A DNA stretch of 64,000 nucleotides, taken from NCBI RefSeq assembly GCF_009834535.1, contig NC_045697.1:82586001-82650000 (forward strand), written 5' to 3'. Of the stretch, positions 1 to 13,030 are shown one piece after another. Made by a program: the position numbers and the translations under genes. Each line of letters opens with the position of its first letter. Within the stretch, counting starts at the first letter, position 1. The notes below the pieces were generated by a model. That model was not told the origin of the DNA. It made no database searches and saw only the letters and a program-made list of their open reading frames with translations. This stretch comes from Camelus ferus. Its lineage: Eukaryota.

Positions 1-3000
1 AGGAGAGGTAGCAGGAACCATTTTGAAATACACCAGAGCACTCTGTTCTTCTAAACAAAGTCTGCGCTCAGGGGAAACTAACCACAACCTAACCTGCTAG
101 GATATTAGCAGAGCCTCACTGACCTGGGAAAGGGAATTGTCCAACTCCAGTCCACTCTAGCCATCCTGTCCCACTCAAGGAGGATGGAAAAAATTGGAAC
201 TTCACAAGTGTTTCTCACAGACCAGAGGCATGGGCTGATTAAAAGCCTGAGACCTAATCACAGGACTATAGATGATTCTCTTACCCCAGCACTTCATCAC
301 CACATCACTAAAGACCTATTTACAGCAGTTGCTTTAACCTGGTAAGTGGCATCCAGTTATCAAGAAAACATTTCAAAAGGCAAAAACAAAATTTGAAGAG
401 AGAGCAAGCATCGAAGCCAGATACGGCAGGAAAGTTGGGATTATTAGACCAGGAATTTAAAACAACTATGATTAACATGCTCTATGAGTAAAGGGCTCTA
501 ATGGATAAGGCTGACAGCGTGTAAGAACAGAAGCGCAATGTAAGCAGATAAATCAAAATTCCAAGAAAGAATGAAAATATGTTACAAATAAACACTAACA
601 ATGAAAAATGACTTTGATGGGTTTAACAGTACACTTGGACATGGCTGAGGAAAGAATTCCTGAGCCTTAAGATGTGTTAATAGAAATCTTCAATAATGAA
701 AAGCAAAGAGAATAGCAATTGGGAAAAACACCTTCAATAGAATTTCAAATGGGACAACTATAAAAGGCATAGCATTCATACAATGGGAATAACAGAAGAA
801 GAAACAAAAGAAATATTTGAAACTGAGAATTTCCCCAATTTAATGTCAGACACCAAACCACAGGTGAAGGAGGATCAGAAACAAACAAGAAGAAAATGCC
901 AAAGAAGTGATAATTAGGCAAATCATTTTCTCACTATAGAAAATCAAAGATGAACAAAAAATCCTAGAAAAACCCCAGGGGAAGAAATACATTCAGTATT
1001 TTGTAATAACCTTTAATGAAAAAGAAAAAAATGAATATATGTAAACATATGCATGGCTGGGACATTATGCTATACACCAGAAATTGACACATAACTGACC
1101 ATACTTCAATTTAAAAACAAAGAGGAATAAAACACCTCTATACTCTGTAAGGATACAGAAGAACGAAGATAAGAATTATCTCTGACTTCTCTTCAGAAAC
1201 CATGCAATCAAGAGAGTGTAGTCAATTATTTAAAATGGTCAAAGAAAGACTAACAACGTAGAATACTGTACCGTGTGAAATTACCCTTCAAAAGAGAAAA
1301 GAGTAAAAAAAGCTCTTCAAACAATTTGAGGAAATTTGTTGCCAGTTGATCTGTCATGCAAGAAATATTAAAAGCAATTATTTAAAGAGAAGAAAAATAC
1401 AGGTCAGAAATTTGATCTGCATAAAGAAGTGAAGAGCACTGAACATGAAATAAATGAATGTAACAAATTTTTCTTATTCTTAGTTGATCTAACATGAGTT
1501 GGTTCAAAATAATAGCAACATCTATTTGTTTAGGCATATTTAGGTGCATCATATACATTCTTATGTGTGCTTATATAAATGAAATGAATGACAGCAGTGA
1601 CCAAAGGGATGGAAAAGAGGAGTTAGAATTATTTGGTTAGTATAACATACTCACTGTACCCTTCAAGTAGTAAGCTGAAATTTGAAAGTGAAGTTAGATT
1701 AGTTGGCAAAGTATATTGCAAACTGGAAGGCAACCACTAAATTTAAAAAAAAAGCATAACTGATATGCTAGAGACAATGCAATTATAAAATACTCAACTG
1801 AAACCACAAAAGGCAGAAAGAGTTGAAGACAAAAATAGGAACAAAGAACAGAGGCAACAAGTAGAATACAGTGATGAGCATGGTAGATACTAACCTATCT
1901 GTATCAGTAATCACTTTCAGCACCATTGGTCTGAATACATCAACTAATAGGCAAAGATTGTGAGAGTGGATCAAAAATGTGAGTCAACTATAAGTTGTTT
2001 ACAAGAAACCCACTTTAAATATAAAGCACATGTAGATTAAAAGTAAATTAATGGAGGAAAATATACCATGCTAACAATAATTAAAAGAAATCAGGACCGG
2101 TATTAATTTCAGACAGAGGAGACTTCAAAGGAAGGAAAATCAGTAATAATGAAGGATATTACAACCTGACAAAGTGAACATTTTTTTCTCAAAAATACAG
2201 CAATCCTTAAGGAGTATGCACCTCATAACAGAGCATCTAACTGTGATGCAAAAACTGATATAAGTGCCGGGAAAAACAGATGAGTCCACGGACATAGTTG
2301 GAGACTTCAACACACCTCTCTCAAAAATAGACAGATCCAGCAGGCAGATAATCAGAACTTACTGAACTCAACAACACCATCAGTCAACTGGACATAATTG
2401 CCACCTGTAGACTGCTTAATCCAACAGAAAAATACACATTCTTCTCAAGCCATATGCAGCATTCAACAAATAGACCATATCCTGGGCCATTAAACAAAGA
2501 AATTTATAACAGAAATCACACAATGTATCCTCTCAGACCAACATGGAATTAAACTAGGAATCAACAGTAAAGAAAACAGAATCCCAAAATACATGTAAAT
2601 TAAGCAACACAGTTCTAAATAACATATGAGTCAAAGAAGAAATTTCAAGGGAAAGGAAATATTTTGAGGTAATTGAAAATAAAAACACAACTTATCAAAA
2701 TTTGTGAGATGAGTAAGAGCAGTGTACAGAGGGATTTATAGCATCGAATGCATATACTAGAAAAGCAGAAAGATCTAAAATCAATAATCTAAATTTTCAC
2801 CTAAGAAACTAGAAAAAGAAAATTATATACAGTGTAAACAGAAGAAAATTAGAGAAGTAATCAATGAAATTGGAAACAGGAAAGCAATAGAATGAAAAGA
2901 CAAATAATGAAATCCAACAGTGGTTCTTTGAAAAGACCACTAAAATCAAACCTCAAGCCAAGCTAACTACAAAAACAAACAAAAAAACCCCCACATATTA

Positions 3001-5170
3001 CTAATATCAGAAATGAAATGAAACGTTGATACAGATCCTGTGGAAATTAAAAGGGTAATAAAGGAAGGCTATAAAGTAACTATGCCCACAAATTTGATAA
3101 CCTAGATGAAATGGACTGATTTCTTTAAAGATAGAAGCTTCCAGAATCCATACAGAAAAAAGATAATCTTAATAGGCCTAAATCTACTAATGAATTTGAA
3201 TCAATGATTAATAACTTTCCAAAATAGAAAATACTTACCCAGTTGAGTTCACTGGTAAATTCTACCAAACATCTGACAAAGTAATTTTACCAGTTCTCTA
3301 CAATCTCAGGTATTATGAGCAAAAGAGACACTTCCTAACTCATTCTATGAGGCCATCAACACTCTAGTATCAAAATCAGAAAAAGAAAACTACAGGCCAG
3401 TATCTTTCATGAACATAGATGCAAAAATGCTCAACAAAATACTATCAAATTGAATCCAACAATGTACAAAAGTAATTATACATCATGATATGAGATTTAT
3501 TCCAGGTATGCAATGCTGGTTCAACATTTGAAAATTAATGTAACCCAATCTATCAACAGGCCAGGAGAAGAAAAATCACATGATTATATCATTAGATGCA
3601 GGAAAAAAATGGATAAAATTCAACATTTATACATAATAAATATCAGTAAACTAGGGATAGAGAAGAACTTCAACTTGATGAAGGATATCTACCTGACAAC
3701 AACAAAAACAACCACTTCTGCTACCATCTTATTCGATGTTGAGAAACTTGCAGTTTTCTCAGTAAGCTCAGATCCAAGGCAAGCATGCCCTTTCTCAACA
3801 CTCCTTTTTCACTATCTTACTGGAAGTATTAATAAGACAAAAAAAAAAAAAAAGAGGTAAAATAAAAGGTATAAAGATTGAGGATGAAGACATAAAACTG
3901 CCCCTCCTCACAGGTGATCTGATGATATATGTAGGAACTTTGCATGAATCAAACTCCTGGAACTAGTAAGCAATTATAGCAAGATTGTAAGATACAAGGT
4001 TAATACATTAAAGTTAGTTGCTTTCCTATATGTCGGCAATGAGCAAGTGGAATTTGAAATTAAAAGGCAGTATTATTTATATTAGCACCCCCTGAAATGA
4101 AATACTTGGAGTATAAATATAACAAAATATGTACAAAAACAGCATGAAGAAAACTACAAAACTCTGATGAATGAAATCAAAGAAATAAACAGATACTCCA
4201 TATTCATGGATAGGAAACCTGAATATTGTCAAGATGTCTGTTCTTCCCAAATTGATCTCTAGGTTCAATGCAATCTCATTCATAATCCCAGCAAGTTTTT
4301 TTTTTTGGATACTGGCAAACTGATTTTAAATTCTATAAAGAGAGGCAAAAGACCCAGAATAGCCAACAGAATAACCAAGGAAAAGAATAATGCTGGCAGG
4401 ATTGTAAAGATACAGTAATCAAGACAGTGTGGTACTGGAGAAAGTACAAATAGAACAATGGAAAAGAACAGAAAACTCAGAAATAGACTCTCATAGATTT
4501 GGTCAATTAACCTTTGACAAAGGAGCAAAGGCAAAATGATGGAGGAAAGTAGTCTATTCAATGAGTGATGCTGGAGTAACCAGACATCCATATGCCAAAA
4601 AATTAACTCAATATAAATCACAAGCCAAAATATAAGTCAAAACTATAAATTTCTTAGAATAATACATAGGAGAAAATCTAGGTATGGCGATGACATTTTA
4701 AATACAACATCTAAGGCACAATTTGTAAAAGTAATTGATAAGCTGGACTTCATTAAAAGACAAACTTCTGTGCCACGAAAGTCAATGACAAGAGAATTAG
4801 AAGACATGCCACAAACTGAGGGAAAATATTTGCAGAAGACATCTCAGAAAGAAATGTTAATCAAAATTACATTCTTGGAAAGGTAAAACTATGGAGACAG
4901 TAGAAAGATCAGTGATTTCCAGGGGTTGAGAAGGCTCTGAATAAGTGGAGCACAGAGGGTTTTTAGGGCAGTGAAACTGCCCTGTCTGATACTGCCATGG
5001 TAGATATATTTTACATTATACACATGTCCAAACCTTAGGATAAACTATTGATTTTGGTTGATTACAATATTGTTGAGTGTAAGTTCAACAGATCTAACAA
5101 ATGTTCCACTCTGATGGGGGGGTGCCGATAATGAGGGAGGCTATTCATGTTTGGGGATGGGTGTATATGA
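1..5170 (+). mobile_element. Old, degraded LINE-1 (L1M/L1MC-like): 5' region, ORF1 remnant (~400-1450), ORF2 remnant (~1900-4870), 3' UTR
   Basis: A-rich sense strand with recognisable decayed ORF2 motifs (e.g. GDFNTPLS at ~2300, YRPVS.MNIDAK.LNKIL at ~3390-3445, DKIQH in ORF 3513-3860). L1MC-type 3' UTR from ~4870. Many stops and frameshifts. Confidence 0.9.
985..1120 (+). mobile_element. Short L1 3' tail (younger lineage-specific family) nested in the old L1
   Basis: gggacattatgctatacaccagaaattgacac...tacttcaattt + A tract; the same tail recurs at ~5400, 35000, 49660, 51590 and 58230. Confidence 0.8.
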
Positions 5171-5174
5171 GGGG

Positions 5175-5498
5175 GAAAAAAAAAAAAAGATACAAATGAA
5201 CTTATTTACAAAACAGACTCATGGTCAGAGAAAACAAACTTACGGTTACCAAAGGGGAAAAGGGGTAGGAAGGGATAAATTGGGAGTTTGAGATTAGCAG
5301 ATACTAACTACTACATGTAAGATAAACAACAAGTTTATACTGTATAGCACAGGGAACTTTATTCAATATCTTGTACTAACCTATAATGAAAAATATGAAA
5401 ATGAATGTGTATGTATATATTTGACTGAAACGTTATGCTGTACATCAGAAATTGACATATTGTAAACTATACTTCAATTAAAAAGTTCAATTAAAAAG
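5175..5498 (+). mobile_element. L1 3' UTR fragment (younger family)
   Basis: aatgaacttatttacaaaacag...gggataaattgggagtttgagatt...tacttcaattaaaa, shared with 38390-38710. Confidence 0.85.
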
Positions 5499-8400
5499 AC
5501 AATGAATTACACAAATGCTTTTTATTTTCCTTATCCTCTCTACTTTAAAGTACACATGTGACCACCTAATTCTTGGCATATAAAGGAGGGATATCTTACC
5601 CCTGTCTCAGTATGTTGCTTCTATTAGCATTCAGAGGCAAGCTTTCATGAACTCATCACTTCCATTCCTAAGAGGAGGGACTGTGCTAATTAAGTACATT
5701 TAAAATGGAAAAACATAATCCTATTTTGCCTCTGGCTTTGTTCTGTCCTTTTTTTTTTTTAATTTACTGATGCTTGTTACAATTTATTAACCATGAATTA
5801 TATCTCTGAGTAAATTAAGCCTTCTTTCCTCTCTGACATACTTGCACTCACCCAATTTACCAGGTCTAAAAGTTGCATAAATTTGCAAGCCAGTGGATTG
5901 GCTTTCTGAGCATACAGTTAAATTATAGAAGTTTCCTGCAGTGCTCAACCCCAGAAGAATTTAACAGCTTCTATGAATCCAGTGCTGAGACTTATTTTCA
6001 AGCCAGGAGCAAAATATCTAAATCATGTTCCGCACCATGTACCTGTCTTGTGAATGCTGTTTACAGTTATGTATATTTATTAGTTTTCCTTGGTTTAGAG
6101 CTATATGCTTTCTTTTCTCCTTCTTTTTCTGACTCTCTCCTTTCTTCATCCCTTACACACAAATTAGTATCAAAAGTCAATGGTACAACAACAAAGCGTC
6201 CCAGTTATAAAAATGATTAATTGTCCAACCTACATCCTTGTATCATGGTACCCTAAACTGTATCTTTTACTCTCTGTGGCTTTTCAGTGTCCTTTTTACT
6301 ACTGAAATTTTCTAAGAAATGTGTAACAGTTTGTTTTCAGTATACCTGCTTTAAAAATTGACACATGGTTAGATACACACAATACCCTAAATCTCCCTTT
6401 TTTTAAAAAATTGAAGACTTATTTAAAACTTGCAGGATATATTTTTTTGTGCTTCAGCTTCCTGTCTATAAAATGGAGGTTGTAAACTGATTAAATGAGA
6501 TGCTATATGCGGGGTGCTTAGCACAAAACTTGGCCCGCAGTGAAGTTTGTACCTCACCCCACCCCAAGGTTACAGAACTGCGTCTGACTAAAATCCGACT
6601 CTAGGTAAGGACGGTAATGATGATGTTGGTAAGGATGATAACTGGCTTAATGACTTAATGTTATTATTCTCTGTTTTTAGATCTCTGGAGACTGACTAGG
6701 CATTCAGGACAAAAAAAAATTATTTTACTCTGCAGCCTCCTTTGCTGTTGGAGACAGTGGTTTTACAACATAATTATTAGGTGCTTCTCTTACTGGGGAA
6801 CAGAACATCAGCAACTCTGCTTGCGTTTCCTACCCGTGATGCCTATTACAGCCTAGGTTAGAGCAATGCCGCATTCTTCTGCCCAAATACACAGGCTCCA
6901 CTGACATGTTTTATTCCTTCATTGGTTACGTGAATATGACTTGCAGTCAATTTCAATCTCTCTCAAAAATATTTATGACAATAGGATACCTGTGAGAAAT
7001 CCAGGTGTGTTCCTTTACATATTGTGTGGTGATTTCTCAGAAACCACTGAAGTACACAAAAAATTGTGTAACTATGTTACAAGAAGGCTGAAGCCAATAA
7101 GTCGTATATTCAATTAAATAATAGTAACTGTTTTAAAATTTGAGATGTAGACTCTGAAAATAGCTCAGAAAGAACTCATCCAAACAAGAAGCTGAAAAAC
7201 ATCTCCTGTTACATAGGCCCTTAGCATTCTTTTTTTTCCTTTACTGGGTTTGTGTTGAAAATTCTTAACAGCTTTTTCATGTTGACATAAAAAATACAAT
7301 AGACAAGACTAATTTTGAAATAAAGTATATTTTAGAGTTACAGCTTCATTAAAATCACATTTTCCTTGAAGTCTTCATTGGCAGGAGTGGGCTCTAGAAG
7401 TTTTCTGACAGTGACACATGGTGACTCTGAGGTCCTGAACATGTCTATACACTTTGATGTTTTTGTTTTTTTAACTAAAAGCATAGGAAAATTATAACAA
7501 CTGCTAACATAATGGCTTCTTTCTCTGCTAGACTTTCAACTAGTAGAGACAGTAGGTTCTTCCATATTAAGTTAGTGAGGCCTTTGTCACAAAGAAGGCT
7601 ATTTTTTTTTTCTTGTTTGTTTGGATTCTAAGATAAAGAATTATTAGCTAAGACATGGGAATTTTTAACAATTATTGGGGATAGTGGCTATCTACACAGT
7701 TTACTAATGAAGGCGAAATGCTGTAGGATAATGACAAGATTATAACTGATACATTTTTAAATATTTATTTTTACTATTTATTAACAGTCCTCCTGGTGAA
7801 ATATAAGAAAGTGCGTACTTACTCCTACAGCACTGTCTCTGAAAATCTGACTTTTTTCTTCAGTTTCTTAGCTAGCACATCACGATAGTTTCCATAGTAT
7901 CTTTTCTGCTTGACGGATCTACAGGTATCTTTAACATGTGTCCCCGGAATAAGGGCTTCAACTGTGAGACCGTCAGTTCATTCTGGGTCTTATTATTTTG
8001 TTCTAAGGCATTTTCAAAATGTACATGAGTCAGCTGGAGATCTGGCAATGGGGCTACTTTCCATTCTATTTCTTACTTTGATTTTGAAGCTTCTATTTTT
8101 AGCTAAGGCCATTCATAAAAGTGACAGGAACATGGAACTTCCTTTAGGATCTCTTGCTGTGTAATGTGAAAAATGTTAACCTATTCTTGAAAACTCCAAT
8201 GTTTCATGCTTTTTTTCACCCTTCCTCTCAGGACTAGAAATATCTATTTTTGTAAGGAAGTTTTTGTAAATCATCTCCAAAAGATCTTGTCAACCATCCA
8301 TAGCTTTTCTACACCTCCCTGGTTTATCTTGAAAAAAAAATTATCTTTTAAGGTCGCTCTTAGGGTCTTCCTACATTGCTTTATCCTCCCATACTTCACC

Positions 8401-10579
8401 TCTGAGTTTCCTGCTAACATGGGAAACAACAGATCTGGGAGCTCTAGATTGTCCATTAAGAAATAATTCTAAATTCCTCTGAAATGTTTGTCTTTCCTGC
8501 CTAAACTCTGGAAAGTCTCAGGCAGTGGCTTTTAGCTCATAATGAGGCCAGAGTTTAAAATTAAGATGTGTCCATTCTTCCAAAATGTTTAATGTAAAGA
8601 AGAAACTGAACTTTGGGCTCTCTGGCTGACAAGAGAAATGAGGCTGATCAGAAAGAGAAGGCAGAGGGTAATGGAAGAACACACGGCAGGAAAATTAGAT
8701 AAAAGCCATTATGCTCAAGTTATGACTTGGAGGAAGCTCAAATAGTATAGTTTTAGATGTTTTTCAGCTTCATGGGACTTGGCAAACAATCTTTTAAGGA
8801 AGCAATTCTGGAATCTTAATTTTTGAGAGTGTCTAATAAAATATATGTTTTCTTATATATGTATCTTCCTTGTTCCAAGTTGTTTTCAAAGTGAATATTT
8901 TTCCTATCAAAAGTTCCCCCCAAATAGTCATGGTAATTCTAAATTATCCTTGTTGAAAGCTTGCTGTGTAGAGTAATACATGAAATAAACTTATAGTGAG
9001 AATACATGGAAGAGGTGGGGGCCTGGCCTGGAGGCGGCAAAGTTTTGACTCCGTTAATACCACGAGTCTGGATAAAGTTGTCATTGCATGCGTACCTCCT
9101 ATCTTGGCCCCCCAACCTAGTGCCCAGCCATCAGCAACTGAATATATTAAGGATGCGTAATTCTGGAATCACAGAAGTTTTGCAGAGAAGATCTGACTCT
9201 CATGGACAAAACAAGAAAGGAAAAGTTCTCATTAGGTTTTGTCAGGTGATTTAGGTAAATTTAGTTCACAAGTTATCAGTGTGATAAGGCCTTCAGAATC
9301 TATCAGCTCCCAGGCTGGCTCAAGAGATGAACACAGTAGACCTGTTCTCACTATCCTGTAAGTTTTGTTTTGAATTCACAACAAAAAGGAGGATTGACAG
9401 CATGATAAAACAAATTTACTTCATTATCAGAGTTGGACAGATCCCTGGGCACAAGGCTAATCAGTACAGAGAAACTGCTTGGTTCAAGTCAAGGGTTTTG
9501 AGTTGGAGTAGGGAGAAGGTAGTTATAATTGGATCTCTCTGGGGCCTCCAGGTTTGCTGACAGCCACCTCCACAAAATGAGCACTGGAGTAATATGTTGA
9601 TCGGGGAAGCCTCAATTTATAAAACCTATAGGACTCCACTTTGACAGTCTTCAATAGTGTATTAGAAGTGAGATGACACAGAATAATATTTATAGGGTTT
9701 TATGATCTGGACACAAGTTGTCAATTGCTACAAGTCAGATAGTTCTGTGCATCACTCTATGTAGTATTATTTTGTAGCAAAATCATCCCTGTTACATTTT
9801 AATGCATTCAAATCTTCGGTCCAACAGCAATAGCTATACTACTTACCCTTGTGTAACGTTTTGAACAAAGTCAATAAGATGTTATCCATATCAGCATACC
9901 TTTCATATATCTTATTGCTAATTATCTTGTTTTTCTCAACTATATGCAAAGCTGATGACCCAATGAAAAGCAGGGATTATTTTGTGATCGTTGTCCTTTG
10001 ACTGCAAATACTGGAATAATACTTTTTAAATCTGTTATCTCCATTACTCTGCTATGGTATTTGGCAAAATGAATTGCATTTATTTGCATGACATCTTTCC
10101 TTTCCTTGGGAGAACCTCAGAGTGGGTAACCAAGGAACCAAGAACCCAATTCTAAGCAAACAACAACAAAAACAACAAAAAACCCTGTATATTTATCTAC
10201 ACGAAGGGAGCCTGAAAGAATCCTATTTCATAAACCTAGAGTGAAGAACTAAAGACAAGGGCACAATTTGTGCCTAAAATATATAGTAAGTGCCCATCTC
10301 CTCTAAGAGTCTGAGATGAAAGCTTGGAGGGGTAAAAAGCTTTTCTGAAATGCTGCTGAAGCAGGTAAATGTCATTGATCCTGGCACTCACTATGGTGCT
10401 ACAGGAGACAATGTGGCTGGGATCCCCCAAAGTCTGATATTAGTGCATGAGATTCAATACAAAATAGCAACTAAGGATTGGAAGTGGTGCCGCAAAGTAC
10501 ATATTTTTTGAGTAGCTTATGTGGCATGCTCAAGTCTCTCAGCTAGAGGGAGGGGTTCCCTAGGCATCATCTGCATTTC

Positions 10580-13030
10580 TGTCTCCAGCTATTAATAGTG
10601 GACTCATCTCTTTCTCCTTGTGGTTCTGTTTTTGACTCATGTGGTCAGATGCTGTTAGGCACGTACACATTAAAGATTGTTACGTGTTCTAGGAGATATG
10701 ACCCCTTTGCCTAATGTAATATTCATTATTCCTGATACATTTCCTTGCTTCAAAATCTGTTCTGCCTGAAATTTATAGCTAGTCTTGCTTTCTTTTAATT
10801 GCTGTTAGCATTGTGTATTTTTCCTCGTCCCTAGGGTTAACATGGTTTATTTTTCTCCATCCATTTACTTTTTAACTACATGTGTCTTTAAATTTAAAGT
10901 GGGCTTCTTGTAGACAATCTATAGCTGACTTGTGTTTTCCTGATCCACTCTGACAAGCTCTGTCTTTCATTGGTGCATTAAAACTGTATCTACCGTATTC
11001 ATCACTGTTTTGTATCTATTGCCTTTGTTCTTTGTATTTTTGACTTCTACTTTCCTCATTTGTGGCTTTAATTGAGTGTTATATGATCCCATTCTCTCTT
11101 CTTTCTTAGCATATCATGTTTAAAAAAAAAAAACTTAGTAGTTGCCCTGAAGTTTGCAATATATATTTACAACTAATACAAGTCCACTTTCAAATTACAG
11201 GACACCACTCCATGGGGAGTGGGTATACCTTATAGTAATTGATCTTAATTCCTTTTTCCCATCCCTTAGGTCATTGCTGTCATTCATTTCACATATAAGC
11301 ATGTATAATGTATACATAAGCAGGCAAAATCAAACTCATTCCTGCTATTATTTTGAACAAATTTAGATCAACTAAGAAAAATAAAGATTTCTTTTCTCTT
11401 ACCTTCCCTTATTCTTTATGTTCTTCCTTTCTGTATGTAAATCCAAGTTTCTGACTTATTTTTATTCTATCTAAAAGACTTATTTTAACATGCCTTACAA
11501 GACAGCTCCACTGGCAACAAATTCCCTCAATTTGTATGAGAAAGTGTTTCTGCCCTTCGCTTTTGAAGTATAAATTAATAGGGTACAGAATTCTAAGTTG
11601 ATGAGTTTTCTCCTCACAACACTGAATGTTCCACTCTACTCTTGCTTGCATGGTATCTGAGAAGTCAGGTGTTATTCTGGTCTTTAATCCTTTATAGGTA
11701 AGGTCTCTTTTTCATCTGGTTTCTTTTATGGCTTTTTCTTTATCTTTGATTTTCTGTAATTTGAAAAATGACATACCTAGGTGTAATTTTTTTGGCATTT
11801 ATCCTTCTTGGTGTTCTGAGCCTCTGGATTACGGTTTTGTGTCTGACATTAATTTAGGGAAAATCTCAGTGGTTATTGTTTCAAATATTTCTTTAGGCCC
11901 TTCCTTTCTTTTCTTCTGATATTCCCATGCTTAAATTACACTTTTTGTAGTTGTCCCACATCCTTGGATCTGCTTTTCCACTCTTTTTTCTCTTCGCTTT
12001 TCTGTTTTGAGGATTCTATTAATAAGTCCTTAACTCATAAATCCCTGTCATGTCCAGTGAACAATAAAACCAAAGTGCTTCCTCATGGCTGCTACTGTGT
12101 TTCCTGTGTCTAGCATTTATTTTGTTACTTTCTTAGGATTTTTGTTTTTCTGTGTACAGTGCCCTTCTGTTCCTGCATGCTGTTTATCCATAGAGCCCTT
12201 TAATCAACGAGCCTGTTAATCACAGTTGTTTTAAATTCCTTGTCTGATAATTTCAACATCCTGCCATGTCTGGTTCTAATACTTGTTTTGAGTTTTTTTT
12301 TTTTTTTTTTTTTTGCCTTTTGAAATGCCTTGGAATGTTTTCTTCATGGCCAGACATGATGTACCAGGTAAAAGGAACTGCTGTAAATAGGCCTTTAGTG
12401 ATGTGGTGGTGAGGCGTGGGGCAAGGGGAAACAATCTCTGTTCCTGTGATTAAGCCTCAGTCTTTATTGAGCCTATATCTCTGGAGGGTCAGCTAGAAAT
12501 GTGTTTTTCCCTCTCACCTTAGATGGGACAGCACAGCTAGAGTGGGCTGGAGTTGGGTACATTCCTTTCCCCAAAATGGTCAGACTGACAGAACCCCAGC
12601 AGGTTAAGCTCTGGGAAATTCGTTTCTGAGGGTAGGACTTATCCAGGAGAACAGAGTACTCTGGTGTATTTCGAAATGGTTTCTTTTCATCCTTCCCCTG
12701 CTGGAAGCACAGAGACTTAGTTAATGTTCATTATGAGAATCTGGTGGGTTCCTGGATGTAACCAGCACTAGGGTAGGAAAACCTGAACTGAATCGACAAG
12801 TTGCTGTTGGCTTAGTGTGGACAACTCAGTTAAAAACTCCAAGGGTACCCAGTCATGGGGGAGCCCCCACGTGCTGCCAACAAATACCTTCAGGAGCTCC
12901 ATCAGGTCCTCACAGTGCTCATTAGAGAACGTTCCTGAGCTTACAGCAGGGGGAGGAGAAAGGGCCCCTCTGAAGTGCACTAGAGCGCTCTGTTCTCAGT
13001 AAGGCCTGCTCGCGGGAGAAACTAACCAGA
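10580..13030 (-). mobile_element. Old L1 5' half (5' region, ORF1, start of ORF2), antisense; same family as 1-2100
   Basis: Reverse complement aligns by eye to 1-2100 (e.g. gaacagagtactctggtgtatttcgaaatgg vs ccattttgaaatacaccagagcactctgttc). ORF 11409-11651 resembles the ORF1 C-terminus (LRILYP..L.FKSEG). The distal ~260 bp is in + orientation. Confidence 0.85.

Noticed and set aside
4077..4621. Hydrophobic minus-strand ORFs
   Set aside because: Antisense translations of A-rich L1 ORF2.
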